Source: Takakia lepidozioides
Taxonomy: Eukaryota; Plantae; Bryophyta
DNA: 64,000 nucleotides
Assembly (NCBI GenBank): GCA_030704615.1
Contig: CM060731.1
Location: 37,510,001 to 37,574,000 of the forward strand
Direction of reading: 5' to 3'
Shown in pieces: positions 25,069 through 36,313 of the stretch (the stretch's first letter is position 1; each line of letters opens with the position of its first letter). The notes beneath the pieces are model-generated. The model was not told the DNA's origin, did not search any database, and was given only the letters and a program-made list of their open reading frames with translations. Position numbers and translations under genes: made by a program.

Positions 25069-25420
25069 TGTCAAGTTAAATAAGCACAGTGTGAAAACAG
25101 CTAGAATAAAACTAGTTATTTGTATTTAACACTTGGATTTAGGTCAAGTGTTAAATCAGGTGTCAAGTTTAGTTTGACACCTGGTCTGTCTTATCTTCAC
25201 GAGAGCGGCAGTCGCGCGGCTCATCTCTCTCGAGTTGAGCCTGCGCGACCGAGCTCCTTCCTGCGTTTAGAAGCTGTGTGTGTTTATGATGGGAGTGTAG
25301 GTTGTTGTGGGGTGGAGTCCCCATAGCTTGGGGTGCCCTTGGCTCGACTTCTATTTCAAAGAGTGATGATTTTGGTTTCCATGTTTTGTGTCAACAGTGT
25401 GTTAAAGAGTCTTTCTATCA
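25069..25420 (+). repeat. Repeat A1 (5' partial LTR, 352 bp)
   Basis: Matches 36400-36749 except for four small indels, with no substitutions seen. Confidence 0.95.
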
Positions 25421-25432
25421 CTCGAGAGAGAT
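25421..25432 (+). promoter_or_regulatory. Self-priming primer binding site CTCGAGAGAGAT
   Basis: Immediately follows the LTR end ...TATCA. Exact reverse complement of LTR-internal ATCTCTCTCGAG (25223-25234). No TGG tRNA-type PBS. Confidence 0.8.
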
Positions 25433-26459
25433 CACCTCTTACCTGTGAGTGCAAGGTAGGAGTTGAGGGTTAGCACTTGTATGATTACCTGTGTGAGAGT
25501 AGTGCTTAGTTTAAGAAGCTTTAAAAAAATATATATATATATATATGCAGGTTTCGATCAGCGTTGGTTCTGGCATAAGGCCGCCGGGCAGGACGGAGCT
25601 ACACTGCATGGAAGCAGCCTTCGTTTTGGTCAGTGAGGAGATATCATGGTGGAGCAGCAGGATGATGCGCAAATGTAAGGAAAACTGTGTCTGTTGGTAG
25701 CTGCTGACAACCGCAACTCTGTCCCTGGACTTCTTCTCCGGAGGTGGAAGCCTGTGTGCAGCGTGCATGCAAGAGTGTGGTTGTGACAGGGGAACAAGCG
25801 CTTGCGGTTGCATTACTACTGCAAGTTGGGCACTCGGTGCGTCGCTATAACTGCAATTGTACAGGAGCACTGTGAGAGGCAGATTGTTCTGCAGCCTTGC
25901 TATACCTGGTCAGTCCAATGGTGACACATCCATACCTTGTTAAAGCAATATGGACAGTTGTCGATGAGGACGGCTCTATGAAGGACACTGCGAGCTAAGA
26001 AGGGCTCGGGTACAAAAGCACACATTGGAGCGTTTAAGCAAGTTAGGGCGGGAAAAAGAAAAACAGGCCCAAATAGCCAAGCACATGAAGTAGTGAATGT
26101 TGATGGAAGAAACCTGTGACACTCCCATTTTGCTGGAGGAGATCGTTGATTAATTGATGTCCCCGGAGCTTCAGGTGCAGGCCCTACAATCGCTGGCTAA
26201 CAAGACTGATTTACAAGCAAAACCTGCAGGGCAATCTGCCGAGAGCCTCATCTGCTTCTCGGAGGGGTTTCCGTAAATGCCCAGCTTGTGCCCTGCCTGG
26301 GCAATAGGGGGAATCCCGCCTTCAGAACTTGGCTTTGGTGTACCAGAGAACTCTGCAACCTTTGGCGTTCCTTCTTTCCCAGGCCCTTGTGCCGACCTTC
26401 TCCAATGTGTCCTTGTCTCTCTCACCATCTGCTGCCTCGGCAAGCTCGCAGTGGAGACC

Positions 26460-26797
26460 TGCTTGCGGCTGTTTTCTGGATTTAGAGTGGGTTTGAAGTA
26501 TAGAAAAGAACTTGGAGATTACAGTGGGCAGGTCGCAGCCGGTGCGTCCTTGACGTGGAAGGCCACAACGGAGAGGAATGTGGTAGCCAGGGCTGCTGGA
26601 GATGCCCCAGAGTCAGAGGTCGAGATTGTTCCTGAGGTCACCATCCCAGCCATAGTTTCCCTCAAGTCAAAAGCATAATTGTTAAAGAAGAAGGCTAAAC
26701 GATTGGAGCTTCGAAGGAAGAGGCTGGTGCGCAAGCGCAAGTTAAGGAAGAAAGGCCAATGGCCTCCTTCCAAAATGGCCAAATCAAGAATGTATAG
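26460..26797 (+). pseudogene. PSRP5: Captured, intronless plastid-specific ribosomal protein PSRP5 (cL37) fragment inside the retrotransposon
   Basis: VVARAAGDAPESE...*LLKKKAKRLELRRKRLVRKRKLRKKGQWPPSKMAK[frameshift]KNV* matches the PSRP5 C-terminus. In-frame TAA at 26676-26678. 5' limit approximate. Confidence 0.85.
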
Positions 26798-27413
26798 GGC
26801 CTCAGGAGGGTTCAAGGATAAGAAGAAAAGAAAGTTATCACGTCTGCGGGAGGTCCAACAGGTCCAAGGAGCACACGTACAACACCACAGTAGAACCACA
26901 GACATCAAAAAAAAAAAAGGGCAGCTCAATTCTCAAACTTCACACACAACAGGTGTCGCAATCAACGGCCAAGCTCTTGTATGCTCTGCTCTGCTCCTGT
27001 TGTGCTGAATGTTGGTGAAGTGAAGCTGTGGTTTCGATGTGGCAGATGTGTTGTGCAAGTCCAGCAACCATCCACGAATCGTTCGATTGCAGGCCGCCTG
27101 TCCATAAGCCATGAGGGTGTTGCGCAGTGCATCTCTTGATCTGCTCTTGAAATCGCCCCTACCTGGACGAACTACCTGGATGTGTTGGAACTCGTAGGTG
27201 ACTTGGGAGCAGTTATAATGACAAAAGCGTTTTGGTGTTAAAAAAAAAAAAAACAAAGCCTTTTTGATCTAATTTAAATGTTAAAGAGCCTGGTTGGTCA
27301 TATCTTTGTCAAATGGACTCTGTTTGACTCAGTTTTTGGGGGGAATAGCTGCAGAAAGGGGAAATCTACCTACCTAGACCTGGTTTCTGTTTTTGGGACT
27401 CTGCTAAGATCTA

Positions 27414-28263
27414 TGGAATTTTTAGAGTGGGAGTGTGCCATAAAATATCCACAATCTTGTTTCTAGAACCTGTGCTGGCCTATATGAGAGACAAACCTGT
27501 GGATGTACTCCCTGTATGGCTGGGGGAAATGAGGACGTAATTGAAGGGCAGGTCTCTCTCTTAGCCTGTGCACACAAGGGGACAGGATCTATGTTTCCCA
27601 AGGAACTCAGACTGATTTGAGTGGAGAACAGTTGGACGAGTTGATTGCATACTGGGAGTCAGGCATTAGCAGTAGACAACAGACTGCTGCAGTTGGCATT
27701 GAGGGCCTCAATATCGCCTTGGACAGTCAGAACTCTGTTGGAGCCAGCAGTTCTGCAGCTGTAGGTGAAATACCAAAGTGGGTGGAAGCTAGGCTTGGAA
27801 CACAGCCAAAGACAGCCCCGGGGACCAAGTGTTCAGCCACAAGGCCGTGGTGTACTGGAGCAGAGGAGCAGGAGCTACACAAGTTTGTGCAATCAGACAT
27901 GGTTGCAGCCGGATACGCTCTGCACAGGGCAACCACGAGCGGGGGTTCATCAGCAATGACATGTTTGTTGTGCGTGAAGGAGATGCAGTCATTCGCAATG
28001 AGGACACCCGCAACCGTCTCAAAGCTTTCGAGTTGAGAGACTATCAGACCCTACCTTTGTTTTCTTTAGTGTTCAGTGAGCGGGAGATAGGGGAGTATTG
28101 CTTTGTCTCTACCTGGCAAAAAGAGGAGGAGGGTTGGTTAGAGCGAGCTACTGTAGCTTGGGACAAGGTTAGTGGCAGGTTTCTGGACATAGATATACCT
28201 CCTACACCTTACCATCATGCAGAGCGAGGCACTTTGAGAGAAGTCTGGCAGTTGATAGCATAG
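27414..28263 (+). pseudogene. Frameshifted accessory ORF of unknown function upstream of gag
   Basis: Overlapping open frames 27617-28036 and 27829-28263 with protein-like composition (EQLDELIAYWE, FISNDMFVVREGD, WLERATVAWDKVSGRFLDID). Confidence 0.4.
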
Positions 28264-28995
28264 ATCAGGATTAGATCTTGCTTGGTCGGGCTTCTATTCT
28301 TCCCCTCCATCTCTGTACTATTTTCATTACCTTATACTTGTAGTTGCCAAAGCCTCTCTTGGTGGAGGCCAGTCAGTCCGGGGTTTTGGGCTGGGATATT
28401 CTGCAGGATCAGCGTTGCTGCTGGATTTTGGTGTGGGGGTGTTGATGTTTTGATTCTTGTGTTTGGATCCCCCCCAACACCTGCATGCTTGACTGTGCGC
28501 CATGTTGGTTTTGTGTGGGCGCTTGCTTTCATAGGGATTAGGCCGGATTTGATCACCGGTCAATCCTAGAGTATGCTGTTGGTGGTGAGGCTGGAGTGAT
28601 GACCAGCAAGACCACCAGTGTTTCTTCTATGGTGAGGCTGGGTGATGACCAGCCAACCATAGGAGTTCTTGCGGTGGATGCAGGTGCAGGTGCCCTGAGC
28701 CATTGGGATATGACCCTTAGACTGCAACAGGTGCCCACCCGTGTCACTATTAGATTAGTACTAGAGCCTTATAGTGTCCCTGGAGGAGGTGCACATTGTG
28801 AGTGTCATTACGGAGTTACCCAGGGTTTTGAGGGGAGTACGGCTACAGGCAGTAACAGTGAGAGTGGGTTCACAAGACGAGGTATTCGGTTTAGACCACC
28901 TTCACCGCCACCCTCAATTACTGTAGAGTCAGACACAGGCTCGGAGGCTTCATCAACAGGTGGTGCACTTTCATTCGCCATTGTTGTGGGACGAC

Positions 28996-30300
28996 ATGGA
29001 GGAGATGTATGGAGCTAACCAAGGGGCCTCGTAGGTACTCTGGAGCTGTGGGCACAATCGAGTTGGCTTGACTTATCCAGGAGTTCGACAGCTGGTGTGA
29101 TTTGCAGCAGATGCGCACAATCCACATCTATTCACCCCATTCATGGCGTGGAAGGGACTGTTCCAGCATTTGGAAGGCCCTCCTATGGACGATTACCACG
29201 AGCAGGCAGAGGGAGGACATGAAGCAGAGATTGAGGAGTGGAGGATGTATTGGTCAATGACTACATCTCCATTACTCGAGGCATGACGCGACCAGTAGCT
29301 GCATCAGTACCAATAGCTCCCACTGCCAGCACTAGTAGTGGAGCAGGGTAGTGCTGGGTACTTCTGCAGGGGATACCAGTTCAGAAGGTGCTACTACTAC
29401 TCCTGCCACAGCTACAACACATGTGCCTAGATTCAAACCGGGTGGTGGAGTTCTTCCAGGAGTTGCGGAGGAACTACCAAGGTGTACGGACAAGAGAAGC
29501 TGCGAAGTTGCAAGACTTCCAGCGAAACCCAGTGAGAGCCTGCGAGAGGAGTACACTCGTATGAGAGGCGCTGATAAGTGTGACCCAAGGGGTTACTGAA
29601 GCTCAGGCAATCCAGTTTTGGTATGAATTCTGGAAAGGAGCTCAAGAGAAGGGTGCGAGATGCAAACCTGTTACAAGCAGCCCAACCACATTAGCAGATG
29701 TGTTTCTGCTGGCTGAGCGGATTGAGCTCAACATGGTGGAGGAAGCGAGTTGTTAACAATTGGATTTGGTAAAGGACATGCCTGTACGGGGCACAGTGTG
29801 TCAAGCCCACAAGCACAAGGGACTGCCCAACAGCTGCCCACAAGGGCAGGGGGGTGCATGGAGTTGAGAGGCCCGTGGCATCTTTTGCAGGCCAACAGCA
29901 ACCAGGGGTGATGTTGGACATGTGGAGGACCCCATGTCAAGAGAGATTGCCCAGAGAGTGGCAGAAGGCCGGCACAAGCAAAGCCTGACAGTTGCAGTGT
30001 GGGCATTGTGGCAAGTATGGGCATGGAGATGCCAGTGTTATGACTTGCATCCTGAGTTGCGCCCAGGCCAGTTCCAAGGGAAACAATGGTGGCCGGGGGC
30101 GAGGTGTAACCAGCCCAAAGAGGACGGGTGGTCGGGCACGAGGGCAGGCCAAGGGCAACCTCCACATGGCCAAGGACGCGGAGGTCAGGGTGTGACCAAG
30201 GCATGGCCAATCGGCTTCAGCAGTAGAGCAGAGGCTCGCTGCCATGGCTATAGCTCAGGCGGTACCGGCTCCCAGGCGGGGAGGCCCCATCCTGCCTCCT
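28996..30300 (+). pseudogene. gag: gag (frameshifted) with CCHC zinc knuckle
   Basis: LIQEFDSWCDLQQ, EAQAIQFWY, and CGHCGKYGHGDASC (CX2CX4HX4C) near 29998-30040 followed by a Gly/Arg-rich tail. Confidence 0.7.
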
Positions 30301-30942
30301 GAGGGAGGAGATATGGGAGGAATGGGAATTCATGTGCGGAGCAGCACTACATTAGAGCAGGGGTGGAGTCGCTGCAGCCGTGACTCGAGGAGCAACACGA
30401 GTTCCTGAGCCACGAGGTGCAGAGGTGGAGTGGATCCACAACGTGGGGAGGCAAGCCGTCAGGCAAGGCTTTGCCTCAGTCATTCACCTGGCGGAGACAG
30501 TGTCAACGCCATCCATGGCACCTAGTTCTCGCCCGACTGTTACCGAGGCGGAGGTTACTATGCCATTGGGAAGAGCTACCCGTGCGCACTGACACCTACT
30601 ACCAAGGCTAGTGCAGCCGGTGTGGTTATTGGGAGCAGCCACCTCGTGTGTCAAGCCCCACTGTTCTCGGCGACCATGATTGCGACCGGGAGTGAGACCA
30701 GCTGCAGTGTTCAGACTAGCAGCAACACTCTGCGAGAGTGGAGAGGTCACTTCATCTTCTGCGGAGTTAGTAGTAAAAGGTGTAGTGACAGAGGGATCCT
30801 CGATTTGAGGGTCAAGACTGCCACGGCAGCGCCCTGGCAAGCTGCAGCTGCCAGATTGACGGAGCTGCCAGCTAGGCCAGCCTTTGAGCGCGCCATGTGA
30901 CACTGGAGTTGTCTTGTTAGACAACCAGGGAGGCATTTTCAC

Positions 30943-31300
30943 TTGAGTGGACCGGCAGGCAAGCAGTACCGGCCACTGCGGGTCTTGTTGGACTCAGGAG
31001 CTCAGCCACTGATGTGGGCAGAGCTGCTATGCAGGTTTGGGCCTCATGGAGGCGGATATGGAGCCTTGTCCTTTCCAGATACAGACATCTCTGGGAGGAT
31101 CAGAGCAGGCTGCCGGCATGACCCGGCATCAGTTGGCTATTAGACTGCAGCCGGATCATCCTGTAGATGGCTCAGTGATGCGAGCCAAGGCCATTGTGAC
31201 AGACGCGGTCTCTTACGATGTGTCCTCGTTGGTGGGTAGTGTTTAACCCCATGGGCTCACCCTGGATTCTGGGAGGAGTCAGCATCTACAGGCCTGGATG
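30943..31300 (+). pseudogene. Retropepsin aspartic protease domain
   Basis: RVLLDSGAQPLM active-site motif, followed by ...VTDAVSYDV.LG-like C-terminal motif. Confidence 0.8.
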
Positions 31301-31699
31301 GCAGTCAGGGGATGGTCGCCGTGCAAGCTCCCTGTGGACATTCCTGGGGGGTATTGCAGCTGCTCAGCGGGGCAAGATGCAACACTAGCCGCCTTCACAG
31401 CTGCAGAGAGTCAGCTGGCCTGGAGAGTTGCTGGAAGGCAATGCCATGCAGAGGATGTGCCACATCCAGCAGAGCAGGATGACATGCATGGAACGGCGGA
31501 GTTGCCTGCCATGGTTGCTCACACTCCGTTGTGGGGTACGAGCAAGGATTTGCAGCACGCTGCTGATGGAGGGTGTGCAACAAGCTTGGGTAGAAGCTTT
31601 TGTACCGTCAGGAGAGGAGGAGAGTGCGGTGATTGCACCAGGGCCACCTCAGTTGTCGCCATTGGACACCACACCTCTTGTGTGGCAGCGACCGGATGA

Positions 31700-32665
31700 A
31701 GGCATTGCCTTCTGGACTTATTTGGCGGGATCAGCACTGGATTGGCTGCAGTGCTGCAGGCAGGTGTACGAGTTCGACGTTACCTGTATGTGGAGAGGGA
31801 TGAGACTGCACGACGCGTCTCACTGCGCCATGTTGCTCAGATGGTGCAGCAGCACCTGAGTTGTTGCCGTGTCTGCAGTTCGTGGATATCAGCAAGCCTT
31901 GCCAGCAGACATTGCGTTGCTGGGGGCGCAGGATTTGGAGCGGGTTGGCTCCATTGATCTGGTAGTGGCAGGTTGGCCCTGCCAAGGGCATTCATCAGCC
32001 GGGCATGGCAATGGATTGCGAGACTCGAGGACGGGTCTGTTTTGGGAGATGGTGCGGATTTTGCGCCACTTGCAGCTTCATCAAGCTGTATCTCCGGCAT
32101 ACATCTTGGAGAATGTGCCACTGATGGGTGATTCTCGGGCCAGGGTGATGGCCAGTGTGCATCAAGTCCGGTCGTGGCTTGGGTCAGCAGTATTGCTGGA
32201 TGCAGCTGCAGTGGGGTCACGGGCTCATCGTCCACGACTATGGTGGACTAACTTGATGCCACCCGCACTGCTCAAGCGTGCATTTGATGGGGTGCAGCGG
32301 CCAGCACACCTCACCGTGGATGGCATTTTGGACACAGGAAGGCAGTCTCAACGTGTGAGACACGATGACCGTTCGCCTTTGGCAGTGGTCAACAGGTGGG
32401 TCAACCACGAGCAGCATTACCTACACTGCTCAGCTTCCCAGGATCCCATGCTTTTCGGGATGGTGGACCTGGCCTCCTGTGGGATGCTCAGTTGCAACAG
32501 TTAGTGGAGCCTAATGCCGACGAGCGAGAGCGGGCTATGGGGTTTCCACTGGGACCACGGCGGTGCCTTCTCTTTCTGAGGCATCACGTCGTCAGGTGTT
32601 GGGGCAAGCAATGGATCTCAATTGCTTGACCTGGATTGTCAGCTTGGCTATGGCTGAGCAACGTA
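31700..32665 (+). pseudogene. C5-cytosine DNA methyltransferase domain (DNMT3-like) within pol
   Basis: Motif I LDLFGGISTG, motif IV DLVVAGWPCQGHS, motif VI YILENV, motif VIII AHRPRLWWTN, motif IX ERERAMGFP, motif X RRQVLGQAMD, spread over several frames. Confidence 0.92.
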
Positions 32666-33099
32666 GAGTGCGGAGTGCACTTCCCTTGATGGTCTCTCTG
32701 CCTACCGAGACGGTACAGGCAGCGAGTGGGGGCGAGCCGGTGAGGACCACGAGGTGTAGACATCCATGGCACATGTGGGAGGTGCTCGAGGTTCAGAGGG
32801 AGTTGGCAGCGAAGGCAGCTGTGATGGATGAGGTTGGGGATTCTTCTCGGGATGAGGAGGTTCTCAATGATGAGATGATGGGGCAGGATGAGGCCTTGTC
32901 ATTGACTGAGCAGGAAGGGGGTACTGCTCAAGAGGTTGCAGCATAGCAACCACCGGGACGCGTCCTCTACCTCTAAGCCCACTGGACTTAAGGTTGCAGT
33001 TACGGAGGACAATTGGGAGCCTGATATGGACCCATTGTCACCGGAGGAGAGAGACGACGTATACGGCGGTTCCTGAGGGCTTACAGGAATTGCTTTGCC

Positions 33100-34440
33100 T
33101 TCAGTTTGAAGGACTTGGGAGCACTGAAGGGTCAAGAGATCCGTATTGAGTTGGCCACTGACACGCCAATCTTTCGGAGACCCTATAGATACAGTGACAT
33201 GGAGAGGTCTTTGATTCAGATGAGGACTCAAGATCTCTGGGAGGCAGGTTTGGTGGAGCTCTCTGGTGGAGAGTATGCTTCAGCCACAGTGATGCCAGCT
33301 AAGAAGGATGTCTATGGCAATTGGACGGAGAGACGTATGTGCGGTGATTACCGGCCTGTAAATCGTCAGACCAAGTCCGATAGGTATGCCATGCCAACAC
33401 CAGAGGAGATCTTTGATGCCATTGGGCATTCCAAGTCTTTAGCACGTTGGATTTACGATCCGGATATCACCAGTTGCCGATCAAGGAGGCGGATAAGCAA
33501 AAGACGGCATTCTGGGGGATCAATGAGCACGGGAAGGATTGCCTATACCAGTGGCGGTTCTTACCATTTGGGCTTAAAAACGCTCCCGCTGAGTTTCAAA
33601 GAGTCATGGACAGGATTCTAGCAGGGGTGGAGTTTGCTCGGTGCTACATAGATGACATCATCATCTTAGTGCTACGGTGGAGGAGCATGAGAGACACCTT
33701 CAGGGGGTATTTGAGCGCTTGAGGACGCACGGATTGAAGTTACATCCGGGCAAGTGCAAGTTTTTCCACAACCAGATTGAGTATCTGGGTCACATGATAT
33801 ATCCTGGAGGATTGGGGGTACAGCAGACTAAGGTAGAGTCCATTGCACAGGTTCCACGCCCCACGGATGTGAGCCGAGTTCGAGCTTTCATGGGGTTAGC
33901 AAACTATTACAGACGGTTTGTTAAGGGATTTAGTGCCATTGCAAAGGCTCTAACCAAGCTGACCAAGGTGGACCAGGAGTGGCAGTGGGAAGATGAGCAA
34001 GAACAAGCTTTTCAAGAGCTCAAGGCGAGGTTGACCTCGGCGCCCATCTTGAGACGACCTATCAGGGGGCGTCCTTTTCAGCTGCATACAGATTGGAGCA
34101 TGCTGGGGCTTGGAGCGGTGCTCACACAGGTGGATGATGAGGGAAGAGAGTTCGTAGTGGCTTATGCTAGCCGCTCGAACAATGCTGCAGAGTCTAAGTA
34201 TAGCTCATATGAGGGAGAATGCTTAGCTGCAGTGTGGGCCGTGGCACACTTCAGGTGCTATCTATACGGCAATCTCTTCACCCTTGTCACGGATCACCAA
34301 CCACTCAAGTGGTTGATGGAGTCAGACAAGCTTACGGGGAAGCTTGCACGGTGGGCACTCATCCTTCAGAGTATGACTTTCAGGTGGTGCATCGACCGGG
34401 TTTGGTCAATCGAAATGCAGATGGGTTGAGTCGCAATCCA
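33100..34440 (+). pseudogene. pol: Ty3/gypsy reverse transcriptase and RNase H
   Basis: RMCGDYRPVN, DLRSGYHQ, PFGLKNAPAEFQR, YIDDII, YLGH, LHTDWS, VAYASR, ECLAAVWAV, TDHQPL. Confidence 0.95.
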
Positions 34441-34779
34441 TGCACGAGCCAGCAGGATGACACTGGAGCTCGGTGGCATGGTGAGACGGACGAGGAGATG
34501 GTGCCCGGATGGCATGCATCTGCATTTCTGTGTATTTGGCAGCGGAAGGCCAGGTTGGACCTACAACAGGGATGACTGTAGATCAAGTGTCTGAGGACCC
34601 TGAGGCCAGCAATGAGCAGGGTGGCGCCAAAGATATACATGAGGATTCAGTTGTGTTGGAACCTCCGCAGTGGAGACACGGCAGCCACTATGACTGCCAA
34701 GGAGAGGGATCGGATCCTACAACGAGCCAAGAGGTTCAGTGGGAGGGGACACACCTGCTCCGAGTGTGGGAGGATGGTC

Positions 34780-35860
34780 GAGTGAGGATTGTGCCTCACC
34801 CAACACAGCGGGCACGGTTAGTGCGGCATGCCCATGAGGAGTTGGGGCATTTTGGGGTGCGACGCACTCATAGTCTACTGCAGGGGCAGTATTGGTGGCG
34901 TGGTATGCACACAGAGGTGCAACACTTTGTGGCTAGGTGCATGGTGTGTGACATTCAACGCCCCTACTCCACAATTGCACCCTCTTCCGATCATGGGATT
35001 GGGCTACAGGTGGAGTCTTGACTTCGCAGGGCCGTTGCCACTGACCATGCGCCACAACAAGTACGTGTTGGTGATGGTGGAGCACTTCTCCAAGTGGATT
35101 TGAATTGGTTCCATTGCCTGATAAGGCTAGTGAGGGAGCTGCGTATGCATTCCTGGATTGTGTGCTTAGCCGATTCGGTGCTCCAGCTGAGGTACTCACG
35201 GACCAAGGGAGAGAGTTCTTGGGGGAGTTTCAGGCTTTGTGTGACAAGCCTTGATAGACCACCGCACCACTTCTCGGGATCATCCTGAAGCCGATGGCTT
35301 GGCAGAGAGAGTTGTTCAGACAGTAAAGAGGGGTTTGCGCAAGTATGGCTTGCAGAAGGGACACCTAGGAGATTGGGACCTTCAGTTACCCTGGTTAGCC
35401 ATGGGCTACAGGTTCAGCAAGCAAGCATCACTTGCCTCCTTCTCACCATACTTTCTTCTCTTTGGCCGAGAGCCGGATTTGCCTACATCCATTCGCAGAG
35501 AAGCTGCTACAGTTCTTAACCTTGACGATCCGGACGTGTGGGCACGTGCATGTGAGCAGCGTGCAGAGTTGTTCAAGAGAGTCATGCCATGGCTTTCGAG
35601 AACCTTGCCATTGCACAACACCGTGATACGTTGAGGTATGCTACCATACGTGGTGGGGGCTATCGTCCTGGGGTTCGGAGATTCAACCCTGGTGACTATG
35701 TCTATCTGCAGCAGACTGCTCCTACGACCCTGGATGTGACTGCAGGACGTGTTATTTTGAGGGTTCGAGAGGTCTTGCCCTCAGGCGTCTTGGTCTTGGA
35801 GGGTCGGGATGGCATCACTTGGAAGGACCATGTGCGTAATTGTGCGCCATGTCACCTTCC
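34780..35860 (+). pseudogene. DDE integrase (H2C2 zinc finger, rve core, GPY/F-like region)
   Basis: HEELGHFG...CMVC, WSLDFAGPLP, LTDQGREF, HPEADGLAERVVQTVK, SPYFLLFGREP, FNPGDYVYL. Confidence 0.93.
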
Positions 35861-35914
35861 GAATGTCGATGGCAGGATTGACCCAAACCTGGCAGTGGTA
35901 TCTGCAGGTTTGAG

Positions 35915-36059
35915 GTGCATGTTGTGTGGGTCTGCTAAAGGGGCAGCCACCATGCTGGTATGTGATCGGTGCTCTAGAGGTTGGCATATGGGATGCTTGA
36001 CTCCACCTCTTGAGATGGTTCCGGATGGGGATTGGTTATGTCCACATTGCATTGGATAG
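35915..36059 (+). other. PHD finger at the C-terminus of integrase
   Basis: CMLC...MLVCDRCSRGWHMGCLTPPLEMVPDGDWLCPHC = C4HC3 PHD, in frame with the integrase C-terminus. Confidence 0.93.
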
Positions 36060-36302
36060 TGGGAGTGGATACAACCATGGAGGCTAACAAGAAACGCAAG
36101 GCCAGCTACTAGGAGACCTTGAACACACGAGATCTTGGCTCAAGTTCACAGATTGCAAGACGGCGACTAACGATGGGGCTACTCTTGTACCCGGCCTCTT
36201 GGTTGATAGAGTTTGAGCACATAAAGACAGTGATAGAGGACTTAGTACGGCTGTGGCTATTACATCTTGTAGCTATCTGGTAGAGGGACCTATCCACCAG
36301 CT

Positions 36303-36313
36303 AGGGGGGCGAT
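36303..36313 (+). promoter_or_regulatory. Polypurine tract AGGGGGGCGAT
   Basis: Directly precedes TG at 36314, the start of the complete LTR. Confidence 0.75.

Noticed and set aside
26277-27008. Functional PSRP5 gene
   Set aside because: In-frame stop, terminal frameshift, and location inside the retrotransposon.
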